Shown here one piece after another: positions 37,901-52,349 of a stretch of 64,000 bases of DNA. A model generated the notes under the pieces. The model saw nothing but the letters and a program-made list of their open reading frames with translations. It was not told where the DNA came from and ran no database searches. The translations under genes were made by a program, and so were the position numbers. Each line of letters starts with the position of its first letter. Position 1 is the first letter of the stretch. Source of the stretch: Epiperipatus broadwayi (lineage: Eukaryota > Animalia > Onychophora); the NCBI GenBank assembly GCA_028023455.1, contig JAQFVV010000009.1, forward strand, positions 434,001 through 498,000. The letters are read 5' to 3'.

Positions 37901-38233
37901 TATTTTTTTCTATGAAGAGCGATATTTATGGATTGAAGCAACATGTAATATAAGAAGCATACAGATATAGTATATAACACACTAAAAATATAAAATGCTC
38001 AGAGATAAATAAAAATGTTTTATTTTTTTCTGTAATGTTCCCTTTTGTCACTACAAGTAGTACTTTTAGCTATCAGATTTCATTATGATAACAGTTTTAA
38101 GTTATTATTACTCACTGATCCAACAAATTTCATCAGCTATTTTTATTTGTAGATTTATGGAAAATAGTTTAATATTTTTCTTATCATTAAAGTACTTATT
38201 TACATAAAATATATATTTATAATGATTATTATA

Positions 38234-38521
38234 TAGTTGAAACTCATTTAACAGGTAAAACCCTCCATACAGTAGTGCCATCCTGTGCCAACCAGGGTAA
38301 CCAATGGATGCCAGAAGGTTTGTGCATAAAATCCCCATCTACTGCCTACTCATTGAATATCCCTACTAGATGGGGATTTTATGCACAAGCCTTCAGGAAT
38401 CCATTGATTACTCTGGTTGGCACAGGGTGGCACTACTGTGTGGAGAGTTTTGCCTGTTTAATAACAGTTATGTGCTAGCATAAGAGATAGTAATCATGTG
38501 ATGTTTAGTTGAAATTCATTT
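38234..38521. mobile_element. HHR family-B fold-back insertion, locus 3 (no LINE); 16-bp TSD
   Basis: TAGTTGAAA(C/T)TCATTT at 38234-38249 and 38506-38521; arms 38250-38365 and 38366-~38460; 3' extension to 38505. Confidence 0.8.
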
Positions 38522-38858
38522 GTTTTAATTTGACAAAAATTTCAAAAGCCTTTAAAACAAAGTGTTTGTCCTCAACAGTATTCAGATAGACTTTCCACAT
38601 GATAGTTCAACATTCAAAGATACAAAAATACATTATTAATAAACCTAAATTGAAGATCAAAATTGAATTAATATATAAAACAGCACACTTCTCTCAAATA
38701 AAAGAGACCAATGGACAAATGCCTGTTTATTACATAGTTATATTTATATCCATGGGTATTAAACATTACAAAATAGATTCTTCTTTATGTTTGATTATTT
38801 CTTTACAAATTAATGAAAAAAAAATTTTCTCTTACAGTAATATCTGGATAAAAAATAG

Positions 38859-39055
<197 letters not shown>

Positions 39056-41918
39056 CTAATTAATAATTAAAGTGCTTTAAAATTCTTTAAAAAAACAACA
39101 AAAAACACAGCAATTTAATTTTTTAATAAATTCAATTCAATTTGCAGTTACTAAGTAGCATAAGAAAATGCAACAATTTTATAACTTATAATATATTACA
39201 ATGTACTTAACAAATAAAATCTGATTTACCAATTTGTTTTTCAATTTCTGATGTCTTTTAAAAACACCATTTTATTTTGAAAAAAAGTATATCTAATAAC
39301 ATGGTTTTTTTAGAACTATTATAAATTAATTATGGAAATTTGATACATCAAACATAATTAGGGAAATCAGTTATTTATTATAAACACATTTATGGATATA
39401 AAAAAGAAATTGTTACGTAGTTTAATATATATATATATATTGATTTTTAAAATATTTCTGGAGAAAAAAAAGTGTACAACCTTTAAATTAAAAAAAACTA
39501 GAACATATTTTCAAACTTCATGTTGATTATATATATTTAAATTTTTTTGTAAAATATTCATTTCTTTTCTTTATTTCAATATGATTCTATCACAAATTAA
39601 ATATAAGCATGTTTTCTGCTGATACATTGGAATAACTTATACATAAGCCTATCTTATAGTGGAGCCACAAACTATGCTACGTTTTGTTCAAAGCCCCTGT
39701 CACATTCAATGAATATAGTGTTTAATACTTCACATTTTGTTGATAAACAGTGATTAGAATATGTATTGTTTATTGAAATGCATATGTACAGTATTTTTCA
39801 ACACACACGTATAACACAAATGATTTTTATATACTGTATATAGTAGTAATATAATTCAAGATTATAATATAAACAAAATTTTAAAAAATAATAATAGTAT
39901 AGTTAATAATAAATTGAGGGGACACAATTATATTTTAGTGAGTTTTGTGTTCACCCATGCATTAAGAAAGAAAAACTTACCTACTTATTTTAATTTTGAA
40001 AATAGAGTAAATAGTCAAATATCAGACTTTTGTAGTTATTAAATATGCTCTAAGCAATATTTCTTTTTTTTTTTTCCAATAACTTTTTTCCCTTATAGAA
40101 ATATAATAATGATCATGTTATCAAAAAGTTAAGATCTCTCTAATTATTTTGACATTTTAAAATAATTTTAACTTTTAGTATTTTCTAAAATTTTGTAAAA
40201 CTTTTAGCATTATGTTCAAAAAATATTTTATTACACAAAATACAGCACATCGAATTTGGAAAGGATAATAAAGGAATAAATAAACATATATGTTTTCAAC
40301 ATAAACTGAAGTTTTTTTATTAATATATATGACCATGTATATCACTCAAAAAGAAGAAAAAATGGCTGTTAAATATAAAAAAATTTGCAAATTTTAATGT
40401 TTTTTTTTTTTGTTTATTTATTTATTTACATTATTGTTTGCTTGCTTGCATTTTTCTTTGGGTAGTATATAATTAAAGTCATGTAGTTAAATACAGAATA
40501 GTTTGCAGCTCTACTATATATAAAAATCCATGAAATAATCCTAATCATTTGTCACATTCTGAATATGATCACTCAATTATCTTACATTCATGATCCTATA
40601 TCAGGAATGATTGATTATCAGAAAGAACTATTTGATTCTCAAAAACAGCCAAGACCTCAATTAGTTCTGATAAGTTATTTTTTCTTCTATAAATATACAA
40701 GGATTGATTAAATAATAGCAATAACTATCATATTATTATTATATTTTCAATATTATGCAGCCCAGAAATGGAAGACATATCAACGTAACAATTTTCTCTT
40801 TTACAAATGCAATTCTAAGAAGTATTTGATTAAATTGCCATCAACTTGTAATCTCATGAGAAAAAACATAAAACAAGAATAAATTTACCTGGGATGTTAG
40901 TAAACAGAATTCACTAATATGATAGCATAAAACTTCCAAGAACCAAAAATGTGAGAATGTAATAAATGCTTGTAAAATTCTACTGTAACCTTCACTAGTA
41001 AAACCATTTATGGTTAAGCTATTATATTAAAGTCATTGGCTTTTAATATAAATAATACACTGTAAAAGTTGTAATATCATACATACACACATAAAAACTA
41101 GATATAATAAGAACAAACAAATTAATGTTTAGACTTTTCCAAATCACTGAAATGTTATAACTGATAATGACAGTGGAATTATTATGATTTCAACATATAC
41201 GTTATGGCATTCTCTTGATCCAACCATTAGTCTTCATAAATGCATAACAGCTATAGACTATCTAAATATTTTGAGAATCAGAATTAGACTATGATGCAAG
41301 TATTTGTTTCTCACAATTCATGCAAATCACATGGACAATACCAATTTGAGAATGATGAGAAAGACATAAAAAATAAATAACATTATTAAGTTAACATTAA
41401 GCAAGAGATGAGAAATTGACATTTTTAACAGATATCTTCGAAAATTCAATTTTCTCTATGAGAAATGGCTTAATATTCTAACAGATATTGTTCAAATATT
41501 ATGTAAATATTGTAATGCAAAACAGAGCCCATATAAAATTAATGTGCATATCTCAGATGTTCGTTTATCTTGTTAAGCTCTTGTATATTTTTAAACAATA
41601 TCAACATTATCTAAAAATACATGCAATTGGAAATTATAAGAAATGAATTTAATATAAATTAAAAATAACATGTTTTATATATAATACATAAAAATTAAAC
41701 ATTCTCATAGATTGACCATATTAAGCATTAGACTCTCTTTATTATAATAATAATAATGATGATGATGATGATAATAGTACTGTCTTTTTTTTCCTCAATA
41801 ATTTAAGTCAAAATATCAATAACATAAATTATTTTCTGTAGTAATAAAATTTTCAAGTATTAATATTAAATATACATATAACATTAAAATACAATAACTA
41901 TTTCAATAACAATTTTAC

Positions 41919-41997
41919 CTGTACTCTGGTGATTTGAAATATATATAATATTTTCTTTTTTCTTAAATAATTCTTCCACTTCTCCATAAAAAAGAAT
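41919..41997 (-). CDS. AGPAT5: AGPAT5-like internal exon (homologous to vertebrate exon 2), 79 bp, with catalytic motif NHQST(V-D)
   Basis: atttag|ATT...ACAG|gtaaaa; encodes ILFYGEVEELFKKKENIIYISNHQST+G, compared with human ILLYGDLPKNKENIIYLANHQSTV; splices in frame to 20614 to complete HX4D. Confidence 0.92.
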
Positions 41998-44900
41998 CTA
42001 AATAAAAGATGTAATTGAATAATAAGAAATTTTAGATTAAACTTTGCAAAATAAAAAAAAATAGAACTTGACATTATTAAAATAAAAATTATGAAAATGA
42101 GAAAAGACAATTAATATTCAATTAATTAATAACTAAAAAAGAAGTTAAATAAAAAAATGTTTCTTATTAAAAAGTTTGTCTTTTAAGTAAGTAATAATGA
42201 TCTTATATCTACATTCAAAACATAGTTTTTAAAGCTCATCCTATATAAATATGTATGATATACATAAAACATTATTTATAAATAAAAAGTAATGTTCATG
42301 GAGCACACTGTAACAAAAAAAGCAATAATAAAATAGACTATATAAACTTAGATTTATGTAAGTGCCCATAAAAATAATTTCCAGAAAAAACAATAACATA
42401 AACAATCTCTACAAGCCTGATCACTTGTTTACTAAATTCCAACAGCCATATTATTCAAATGCCAGTTGCTTATTTTTTTATTTTTAAATATAATACTAAT
42501 TCAGAACATTAATATGAATGGTTCATTATTTTATTTTTTTAAAAAAAAACACAAAAACAATCTAAAGTAAAAAATTTAAATTAAAAATTTTAAATTATTT
42601 AAATCTCAAGTTAAATGAATGATTTGTTAGTTAAAATACATACCTTAAAAGATAAAGACTTCAAAATAATTTGTAAATTTATTAAAACAACCCTCACAAA
42701 AACAAACCATAAAATGAAAATTAAGTATAAATATATTAGCATCATTTATAGACAACAAATAGAACTTTATCAAATGTCCTTTCTCCTTTAGAAATGATAT
42801 ACAGTAATAGGTATATAGCTAAAAATAGAACAATTTAATGAAAATATCCAATACTTTATTACAATTACACAAGCTGGCGACAATTGATTAGATATGCTAC
42901 TACTATTATTTTAGCACAATCAAAATAAAAAAATAATATATAATTATTGTGTAATTGTAATTTATCTGATATATTAAACTAATATCTTCATTTGAGATTT
43001 CTACAAAAATAAAGGGTTGTAAAGAGACTAAATATCTCATTATAAAGTTAGGTTAAGCTTCTATTTGCTCACATTAAAACTACTTGATATACAACTATAT
43101 CATTTTTAAAATTGTTTTCTCGAGTCTTCATGAAATTTAATGAAATGATTTTTTATGTCTCATTCATCAAAGATATGTTATGTTTATGTATACACATAGA
43201 AAGTTAGAAAAATAGTATAAACCATATTGTTAAATATATGCATGTAAATTGAAATACATACACATTTAAATTTAAAAAATAGGTATAATAAATTTTAATA
43301 AAAAGTAAAATTAAAACCTATGAATAAATAGATAAAAGAATTACAGTTATGCTAAAAGATTAATTATAACCCAAGGAGACAAATTCTTTAAAAAGAGATA
43401 AGAATGGAATTCCATTAAAAACTAATTAATAAATAATAATTAAAAAGTACAAGATTTTACTTATGTCAGATGCATCTAGAGATAAAAAAAATATTAGACA
43501 ATATCAGCAGCATCTGTTTCTAATAATTAAAAAAGTGAGCATATGGTCTAGAGAGAATCAAGTGACACTTGCTCATGAAAGCTACATGCATATAGATGGA
43601 CTTACAACAACACAGTGCTGGATATCATTGTATGTTGGCTTAGATAGCTTCTATTGTGGAGACACTTTCTTCCAGATGTGCCAAAGCAAATCTAGGAACT
43701 TGAAAAGGTCACACTGGCCTTTATTATTTTTTCAGGTTTGTAAGTATTTAAACTGTAAATAATTTAATATATATTGTAGCCTTTGGTTTTGACCAAAGAT
43801 GGCCAAGTATGCAGCAGATGCCATTCCTTAAGAAAGAAAAATTTTTTATCATAGAAAAAAATTAATCAAATAAGGAAATTCATCAATAACAGTATTTTTA
43901 AAATGAACAGAGAAATCGCAAAGTTTTTAATGGTCGTATAAGATATGAGAGTCATATCTGGAAAATTTTGAGAGAAAAGTTAATGTATAAATGTGTTTTG
44001 GGGGTGTAGAGATAATTTTGGAGTATCACACACTGTACATTTATTAAGAAATTAAATAGTGAGATCAACTTGTAATATTTATCTAGTAAATATTAAAAAA
44101 TAAGTGAAAAGATCAATGGAAATTTAAATCGAAAAGGTTTGGCTTGTTCGTAATCATGCTTACTGCAATAGTCTATTTTCAGAGAAATAGCTCTAAATTT
44201 TTAAATATTACATGATAGATCATGTTAGGTGGAATTTATAGGATTAGCTAGTAAGGTTAGAACATGTATGTGAGCATGTATATGTGGTCTATATATATAA
44301 TATTTTATTTATTGGGACAATTATAATTTTTTTTATCTCATACAATATACCATTCAATAGCAAATTGAAAGAACAATCATTTCATGTCTGTTTGAAATAA
44401 ATCGTAATAATATTCATTCATAAATTTTAAATTTAAACTCAGTCTATTTTTATTATTATAAAATTTTCTTTCAAGTTGTTATCCTTTTTTTTTTATAAGT
44501 CAAACCCGGGAAAATTTCAAAAAACCACATGATTATTAACCTTATGAATAAATTAATACTGAAACTATGCTTAATAACCAATCAAAAGTTTAATACTCAG
44601 GTTAGAAGGTCAAAAGATTGAATCTGAAATGATTGACAGTTGGAGATTATAAAAATGGTCCACACATTTTGGGAAGGTCTTTTGTCATTGTTCCATTTCT
44701 CTGAACTCATGCCTCCCAGTTTTTTTTAGTTTCACTTTGCTAATCAAAATAATTTTTTTTTATACACTTTGATTGTCAAGCTTCTGACTGAAATTTGATT
44801 GAAAAATTTGGTTGTCTTCTGTAAGAATGTGTACATAAACAATTAAAATCAGGCACACTTAATGTTTTGAACCCCAAAGTTGATCATGGATCGGATTTTT

Positions 44901-45100
44901 CAGAACGGCTAATTTAGTATGATGATCATGTGGCGAACAAAGCATCTGCAGTCAGTTTACAAATTTTCTTCATATAAAATGCTTCAGATATCAATTTTTA
45001 TTAATAATGTTTTCATTATGATACTTATCATGAAGAAGAGATGGGAGAAATGGTATTCCAAAAGAAAAAAAAAACAACAACTTTAGATCGAAAGATTAAA

Positions 45101-45438
45101 TATTAAACACAGTTGAAAGGTGGCTAGTCTTTCACATGTGCCTACTGTTGTTTCTCAGACAGCCAATCAGATGTTAAACAGCAGGTTAAGAGCAATCAGG
45201 CCTTGACATATAACAGAGATTTTGATAAGAAAAGGATGATACCCCTTCTCTTTACTTAACTTTTCTTATCAAAATCTCTGTCATGTGTCAAGGCCTGATC
45301 GCTTTTAAGACCGCTGTTTAACATCTGATTGGCTGTCTGAGAAACAACAGTAGGTGCAAGTGAAAAACTAGCAACCTTTCAATTTATTACTAATTTAATA
45401 ATAACATGCGATTTAGACAAATATTATTAAACACAGTT
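45101..45438. mobile_element. Fold-back insertion in the 5' LTR; 14-bp TSD
   Basis: TATTAAACACAGTT at 45101-45114 and 45425-45438; arms ~45113-45232 and ~45261-45382 plus a 42-bp tail; single-copy empty site in the 3' LTR at 53672-53685. Confidence 0.9.
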
Positions 45439-47797
45439 ATAAATTATGCTTAGAAAATTAAGCAAAGGATCAGCTAAATCATCTAAGTATCTTCATCGTA
45501 AAACAGACTGATTCTTTACATGAGAGAAATGAAAAAAAAAAAATGCTAAAAATACTAGTGCCTAATGATAATGCAAAACTAAGTAAAATTGGAATGAAGT
45601 GAAAATGTTTGTATAAGACTTATAACTGATAAACTGAGTACCTATCCTGTGGAAATAATGGATTTTAAAATCCTGTATAAGTTGGAATTATTGAAACAAC
45701 TGTAATATCGTGACTAACTTATTAAGCTCAGCCCAAGACTCTCCAAACGTGTATCTGTGAATTAGAAATGCATCTGGAAGAAACATCTTACTGGATCCCA
45801 AAGGAAAAAGGCAGTTGTTTTTATTCAAATATTAATTAGACAAATGGAGGCGATAATATGGTGAAATAATCGGATGCAAAAATAAGATGTGATTTCTGAA
45901 ACTTATGGCTATTAAAAAAAATGACATTTGGATTATATGTGTACGGAATAATCCTAGTGTATGGATGAACTTGTACAGCCCAGAGGAGGATGATCATCAT
46001 CAATTATGAACTGTGCCCAAAAGTACTCTTAAATATAATTTTATTTTATGGATAATTGATTGGTTATAGGTTCAAGTTATTTATTGAGTATATTCATTAA
46101 ACATAGTATAAAATATCCCGGTATCGATAGAGGCTAGAGTAGAAAAAAAAAAGCCTTTATATTATTATTATTGCTTAACCTGAATGCTATTATGAGATGA
46201 ATGAAATAGTTATGTAAAAGTATTGAATGTTTGTTAAGAGGTTCACAAATATAATTTCATGTTTTTAGTTAAGATTAATATTTAAATGCTTTATCTTATT
46301 TATGTATTCTGAAAGTTTAATATTGCTATGTCCTAGAATCCGAGAGTTTTGATGTCAGTATATGTTAAATAAAATGAACGATGCACATTTCTTATTTTAA
46401 AACTAGAATAATTTTAATTTATTATTATTTAGTCATATTAGACTATTGCTAAATTATCTGTTGATGCATCAGTAATAGTTTTCTTTATGGAATCAAACTG
46501 TGTTCTCTTATGATTATGTGTAGTTATGCGACCCTGGTGGGATCAAGTAAGCAAATATATCGCTGCCTTGAAGGTTGAGATGGAGGGTAGCTCTCTAGTG
46601 ATGATAATATTAAGAATTTTGGTGTGTTCAGATCGAGGATGTATTCCCAGCTCCATTTATATTTACTATGTAAGATGTACATTGTTGTGGTAGTTATAGT
46701 GAGTAGTGCATGCCCATCTTCATGTGTAGTGACGAGGTCCTAACAAATTTCTTGGCCCTCGAATAAGTGCTCTGGGTTCATGCCACCACTAATTTAATGT
46801 TATATGAATTTCTTTTTCTTACGGATGTATATTTTTTGCCATATTTGGTATAAAACTTTGTTAAAATTTCGTAATGAGTTACTGCTTAGATTTTGAAGTA
46901 TATCATCTACTTTAGGATACTTTAGATTTTGAAAGTATAGCTTATGGAATTGATGCATAATGTTTAGCTGAGCCTTTCTCCCAATCATTTAGAACTGATA
47001 ATCCATCAAAATTTAAATTAGATTAATAATATTTTGGATAAGCAATGCACATCATATCCAGCCGCAGCTGAAGCAAGTCATCGCTGGACTGGTAAAATAG
47101 TTAAGTAATATTCATATTGGGGACATAGCAAGCATTAAATGAGTGAATGTGTATGAACCTCTAAAATTGCCAATCATTCTAGAATTGATAGCTAAGGAAA
47201 TTAATATGTGGATAAGCAATAATTAATATAGGTATTTAGAAGTATCCAGCAGACATTTGGGCATAATATTGATTTACTAGATTTAAGGGGTATATTTATC
47301 TAATGAATTAAAGTTAGCAAGTTAAATTATTAAGCATAGCTATTATAGTAAGTGTTCTTGAAATTTATCTTAAGAAAGTGCTATCGATCCAGCAAAAAAG
47401 AGATAAATGATCAAAATATTTTATATTATTAGTGTTCCTTACTTTGTTCAAGTACCTAAACAAGGTAGATTTATAGCAAGAGGGGTATAGTTGTAAAAGT
47501 GCTAAGCACAGAAAATGGATCATCTTTCCTACTGGTGGTACATCCCTTGTAAATATATATATTTTTAATTGTTACTCCATAGCTACGAAGATTTGTATTA
47601 TATTGTTAATATTATTTCTCATTTATTCAAGTAATAAACATTGTGTTAATTTAAAATTTTGCTATTGTGTCTTAATGTTTTGGTGTATCCATAACATCCA
47701 GAAATCTAATCATATGCAATTTTAATAAAAATATTTAATGCTTATTTCAGTACAGATGCATTATGACATTTTTGGTTTTTTTTTTTTTGTTTTAATT

Positions 47798-48223
47798 CAG
47801 GGATGCCCAACCTTTAACTTGACGCGAGCCAGTTGAGAATTTAAAAAAATTTGGGGAGCCACAATTATATATTCCATTTTTCATATTACATTTATAAACA
47901 TAATTCACAAACTAAAAAAAAACTGGTGTAATATGTTAAAAAGAAAAAAAATTTAAATACATTTTATTTATTAAAAATTTGGTAACATGCATATAAATTA
48001 CAATTACAGGAAAAATATATTTTAATTATTTTATTTAATGTGAAACCTGACACTGCATATCGTTATCGTTTGTATTGTAAAATGTTTATTTTTTCAGTGT
48101 GTGAATGTGGCGTCAAAGAACATAAAATATTTTATCATTTTTTCTTGAAGAGTGCAATGCGAGCCACATCAAACGGTTGTGCGAGCCACATGTGGATCGC
48201 GAGCTACGGGTTGGGCATCCCTG
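47798..48223. mobile_element. hAT MITE; 8-bp TSD
   Basis: TIRs CAGGGATGCCCAACC / GGTTGGGCATCCCTG; TSD TTTTAATT at 47790-47797 and 48224-48231; absent from the 3' LTR (single ttttaatt near 56055). Confidence 0.92.
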
Positions 48224-50019
48224 TTTTAATTAATAATTTATTCTGAAATTGACTAAATATTTTAAGAGACATTATTAACTTGTGTTGAAATTTTTCATGA
48301 TTATTATGAAAAACATTTGGAAGATTTAATTTTAAAGTTAGTCATCATTTCCTAAATTTATTGTGCTATGAAGAATATTTAGAGTGGACATAAAATTCCT
48401 TTCCCACTCTAGATATTCAAATGTGTTCCCAGTCGATAATAAGTTTATTCAAAATTTAATGCAATTAAAATATTTTATTATAATTCATTGTTTGGTAATT
48501 TATCAGGTTTACTATTATTATTACTATTATTGGTTGATAAACAGTAGATATTGGCTGGGGTAGATCTACCGAATATCTACTTGAATTACATTTGCTGGGA
48601 TAGCATTAATTGTTGGCAATAAATTTAGAATTACTCATAAAAACTTCACATTTCGAATTTGAACTGAGATTTGAAGACTAAGATTATAATATTTTAGATT
48701 ATAAAATTTAGATTGTCAGATTTCAATTATAAAATAACTTACGAATTGGGCTCTGATGGGTCAAGATGATAATAAGATCAATTGAAATGAGTTTTATTTT
48801 TGCGAATCTTGGAGCATGAAAGATACCATTGAGGAGATGGTAAAGTTTGATGGTAAGGGTGTGATCGGAAAAAACGTATCATCAGCAATGGATTAATTGT
48901 AACTTTGGTTGGGGATTTATGTGAGGGGATACCGACGTTGTTAACATGAGATGGGTGTGAGTTGAGGTTTCTGTTCCTCTTTTAGAGTAATAGTAATTAA
49001 TAACTTGAAGTATTTATCAGTGGTATGATTCTCGGTATTCTCCACATAAATTGCTAAATTATTTTATTTGCTAAATCCGAAATTTAACACAGCTGAAGTT
49101 GGTGTGTGTGGCTTATTGCCGGTATGTAAATAGCATGGTAGTTTATATTCTTTGGGGGGGTCATAATTTGGCTAGCTTGACTTAAGCTACATAATTCGTG
49201 AAGTGAATTAACCCCAAATATTTAAAGTAAAAATTATTTTCAAATTTAATAAACTGCTTGCCTTGCAAATTCATAAGTTGTAAATCTGTCATGGCATCGA
49301 GTCAGTTTGGTAGCTTTTTCTCCAGGGTTACAATTTGGCACTGTGACATATAAAAGGTTTTCTACATCTCTTTTTGCATGGTTAGAATTCGATATCGTTA
49401 CCCGTCTCTTTCGTTTTCGTGGTTACAATTTGGCTAACCCGTGTTGCCTGATGGTTTGTTGGTGTGTGGAGCTATGTTAGTTATTAGTATTTATAAATTA
49501 GTTTACTTAGAGTGTTGGCTTAATAGATGATGAGTTGTTTGTTTATAAGCTAATGTATCTGTAGTGGAAAAATGTAAACATTTTATTGCCTACAACTATT
49601 CTATGGTTAGATCTGTTTGCCACTGAATTCTATTGTTTTAAAATGCTGATAAATTGTAATGCATAGTAACTTTATTAATCGTAATGTATAAACTAATCTG
49701 TACTTGATAGAAATTATTGTATAAAGTTTGTCTAAAGTCAATTGTCATTAAAATATGAGGATTTCTGTACCAAAACATTAAAAGACAGGTAAAATGATGT
49801 GAGTATAGTCGATCCTGTCTAGGGTGACCGGTATACAGGTTGTTATGGGGATCTTGATGTTTGATTAATAGGGGGGGGGGTAAATGTGTGCCCGATTGCT
49901 TATCAATAAAATATTAAAAAGTTAAATAAAGTCAAAAAGCAATATGGAACAATTTAGCTATGAAACTGAGTTGGGAGGGACCCAAGAAGTGGTGCCTTTA
50001 GAATTACATGGTGAATTTG

Positions 50020-51960
50020 GAAGATGAAATGTTAATTTCATTGGAAACTTGTGTTTTAAGTCAAGATATAGTTCAGGAGAAAACTTTTGATGAACAATTA
50101 AAGCAGCTTATGGTAATGATACAAAATTTGACGATAGCATAGAGTGCTCAAACTAATAAATTAGAAAACAAAATTGATCTTCAAATTAATGAACTCAAAG
50201 AAAGTCAGATAGCTCAGATTAATGAACTCAAAGAGTCAGAGTGCTCAAATTAATAAATTAGAAAACAAAATGGATGTTCAAAGTAGTGAATTAATAGAAA
50301 GCTTAGAAGATAAAATTAGAGAGTTTGAGGACAAATGTGTAGCTCAGAGTACCCATTTAGAGTCCAAAATTGAGGTGTTAGAGAATAGGGTTTAAAGAGT
50401 GTTATAACAATTACCCAAAAGAAGACCAGAGATGCAGTTGAGAATTTAAAAGGTAAATTGGAAAGGCAGATGGAGGTAGTAAAGGAATCTTTAGAAGACA
50501 AGATAGACCAATCCAGAAACGAGCTTAGACATAATTTTATCGAGATGGGAATGAAGTTAGTGCAAAATAAGAAAGAAATTATAGTTGACCTTGATTTTTG
50601 GTTCACAAAATTGAAGTTAGAATGTAAGGAAAGTAAGGAAAAGTCTGATTGCACGATCAATAGCTTGGAGATGAGAATGGCTGAAACTAACGAGAAGCTG
50701 GAGTGACATATAAACATGATAAATCAGAAGTTACAAAGCACAGAAGTTCAGTCTAATCATTTGGTAGCACAATTTAAAACTGAGTTAGATGATCAGTGAG
50801 GAAGACTGATGAAAATCAAAATGCATTAAAACTCGAAGTAGAAAAATATAGGGAGTGCACACAAGATCACTCATCTCACATAGATGGTGGTGTACAATCT
50901 CAGTTTGGAGCAGGCTTACAAATAGTTAAGCAAGAGCTGCTAGAATCGGTGAAAGAGTCTGAAGTGGAGATGTGCAAGGTTAAAAATTTCACCTGTTATT
51001 TGGAAAAAGATATAAGGCAAGTATAGCAGGAGTTAGTTAATATAGGTAAGAAACTGAGTGAATGGCCAGAGGGGGAGACAGATTTAGCTCAAAAAAATAA
51101 TCAATAAATTTGATCAAATAAAGCAAGAGCAAAAAGAATATATTCACGAGTTGATCAATGACCTAAAGTTAGATGATAGACTCAGTATTATGAGCAGAGA
51201 AATACACGATTTACAGACAATAAAAGTTGAAGATATTAGTTCAATAAAGAAGTCGCTATCCTAAGGGTATACTCAGGGGAGAGACTACATTAAAATAGGC
51301 CTATTCAATAATTGATAGTCCAGTTAGACATGGTAGCAGCTCTGTATAACAAATACTGCCCGAGGATAGAAATATTGTTAGTTGTTACCCTGACAGTAGT
51401 AGTAGCAGTGCTATGGCACTGAAGTTTTTAAAAATTAAAATGTTTTGAGGAGAGTACTTAGAAAACCCATGTGAATACTTAAAAAGCCTAGGAGAGCTGT
51501 TTTCTTTGTGTGAGCTGTCAGAGGCAGAGAGAATAGCAATAGCTAGTAATCATTTATATGCCATTGCCAAAGATGGGTGGCAATCCCTGTTTGAGAGGCC
51601 CCAAACTTATGGAGATTACAAGCACATAATTTTGTCAAGCTTCTGGAGGAAGGATAGACAGGACAATATCAGATATAGTTTCTCAAGAGAAATATAATTT
51701 ACACAAAGGCAGTTACACGCAGTTTTTTAGAAATCACGCTGTAAAGTAAAAAACATTAACTGCCTTTCCTTTATCAGAGACCCAGATTATTAGAATTATT
51801 AGGCACAAATTTGCATAGGTACAGTGAACAGGTGTTGATTGCTTCAAATCAACACACCATTGAAGATGTGGCTGAGGTACTGGAATCACTAGAAGCTAGT
51901 GAACGAAATCTAGAAAATAAGAAAAAAATGAACAGGAAATTCCCTATACCCTTTAAATAA
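50020..51960 (+). pseudogene. Decayed Gypsy gag: coiled-coil N-terminal region plus Ty3/Arc-like capsid
   Basis: Heptad-rich pieces (ORFs 50458, 50796). Capsid-like ENPCEYLKSLGELFSLCELSEAERIAIASNHLYAIAKDGW...YGDYKHIILSSFWRKDRQDNIR and, after frameshifts, PLSETQIIRII ... HTIEDVAEVLESLE. Confidence 0.75.
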
Positions 51961-52335
51961 TGCTAATTTGTCAACTGTGCAACCATAGCACAATAGTAAA
52001 GTTGCCAGAGATCGTCTGCACAATAGACCTAGCCCTTATTATGGGAGGAGTACTCATGTGAATAGGTCTCCAGGTAGAATAATGCAAATAAGGGTAGATC
52101 AACCCTCTACTAGTGGTCTACAGACGACTCCCAAAATTATTACTGATAATAAAAATACAAAGAGTGCATTAAACTAGAAGGGAACTCAGGGTACCTATAA
52201 TGCATGCAGTTTAACACCTGTCCCACTGGACCCAGAGTGAAAGTGCAGTGCAGTGTTTAGCAAAAATATAATGTAAAGTATATTGTATTAATTAAAGTTG
52301 TATATAGCTCATAAGATTCCAAAAATTTTTTTTAT

Positions 52336-52349
52336 AAGGAATGGGGGAT
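52336..52349 (+). other. Polypurine tract
   Basis: AAGGAATGGGGGAT immediately before the TGTAGCC start of the 3' LTR. Confidence 0.8.

Larger units (their letters stand above)
43775..49427 (+). repeat. 5' LTR (about 4.9 kb after removing two nested insertions)
   Basis: TGTAGCC ... GGTTACA near-perfect terminal inverted repeat, followed by attTGG; an alternative end lies at 49332. Confidence 0.75.

Noticed and set aside
40889-40982. Open 94-bp minus-strand segment with AG/GT ends inside AGPAT5 intron 2
   Set aside because: No AGPAT similarity, and its phases are incompatible with the flanking exons.
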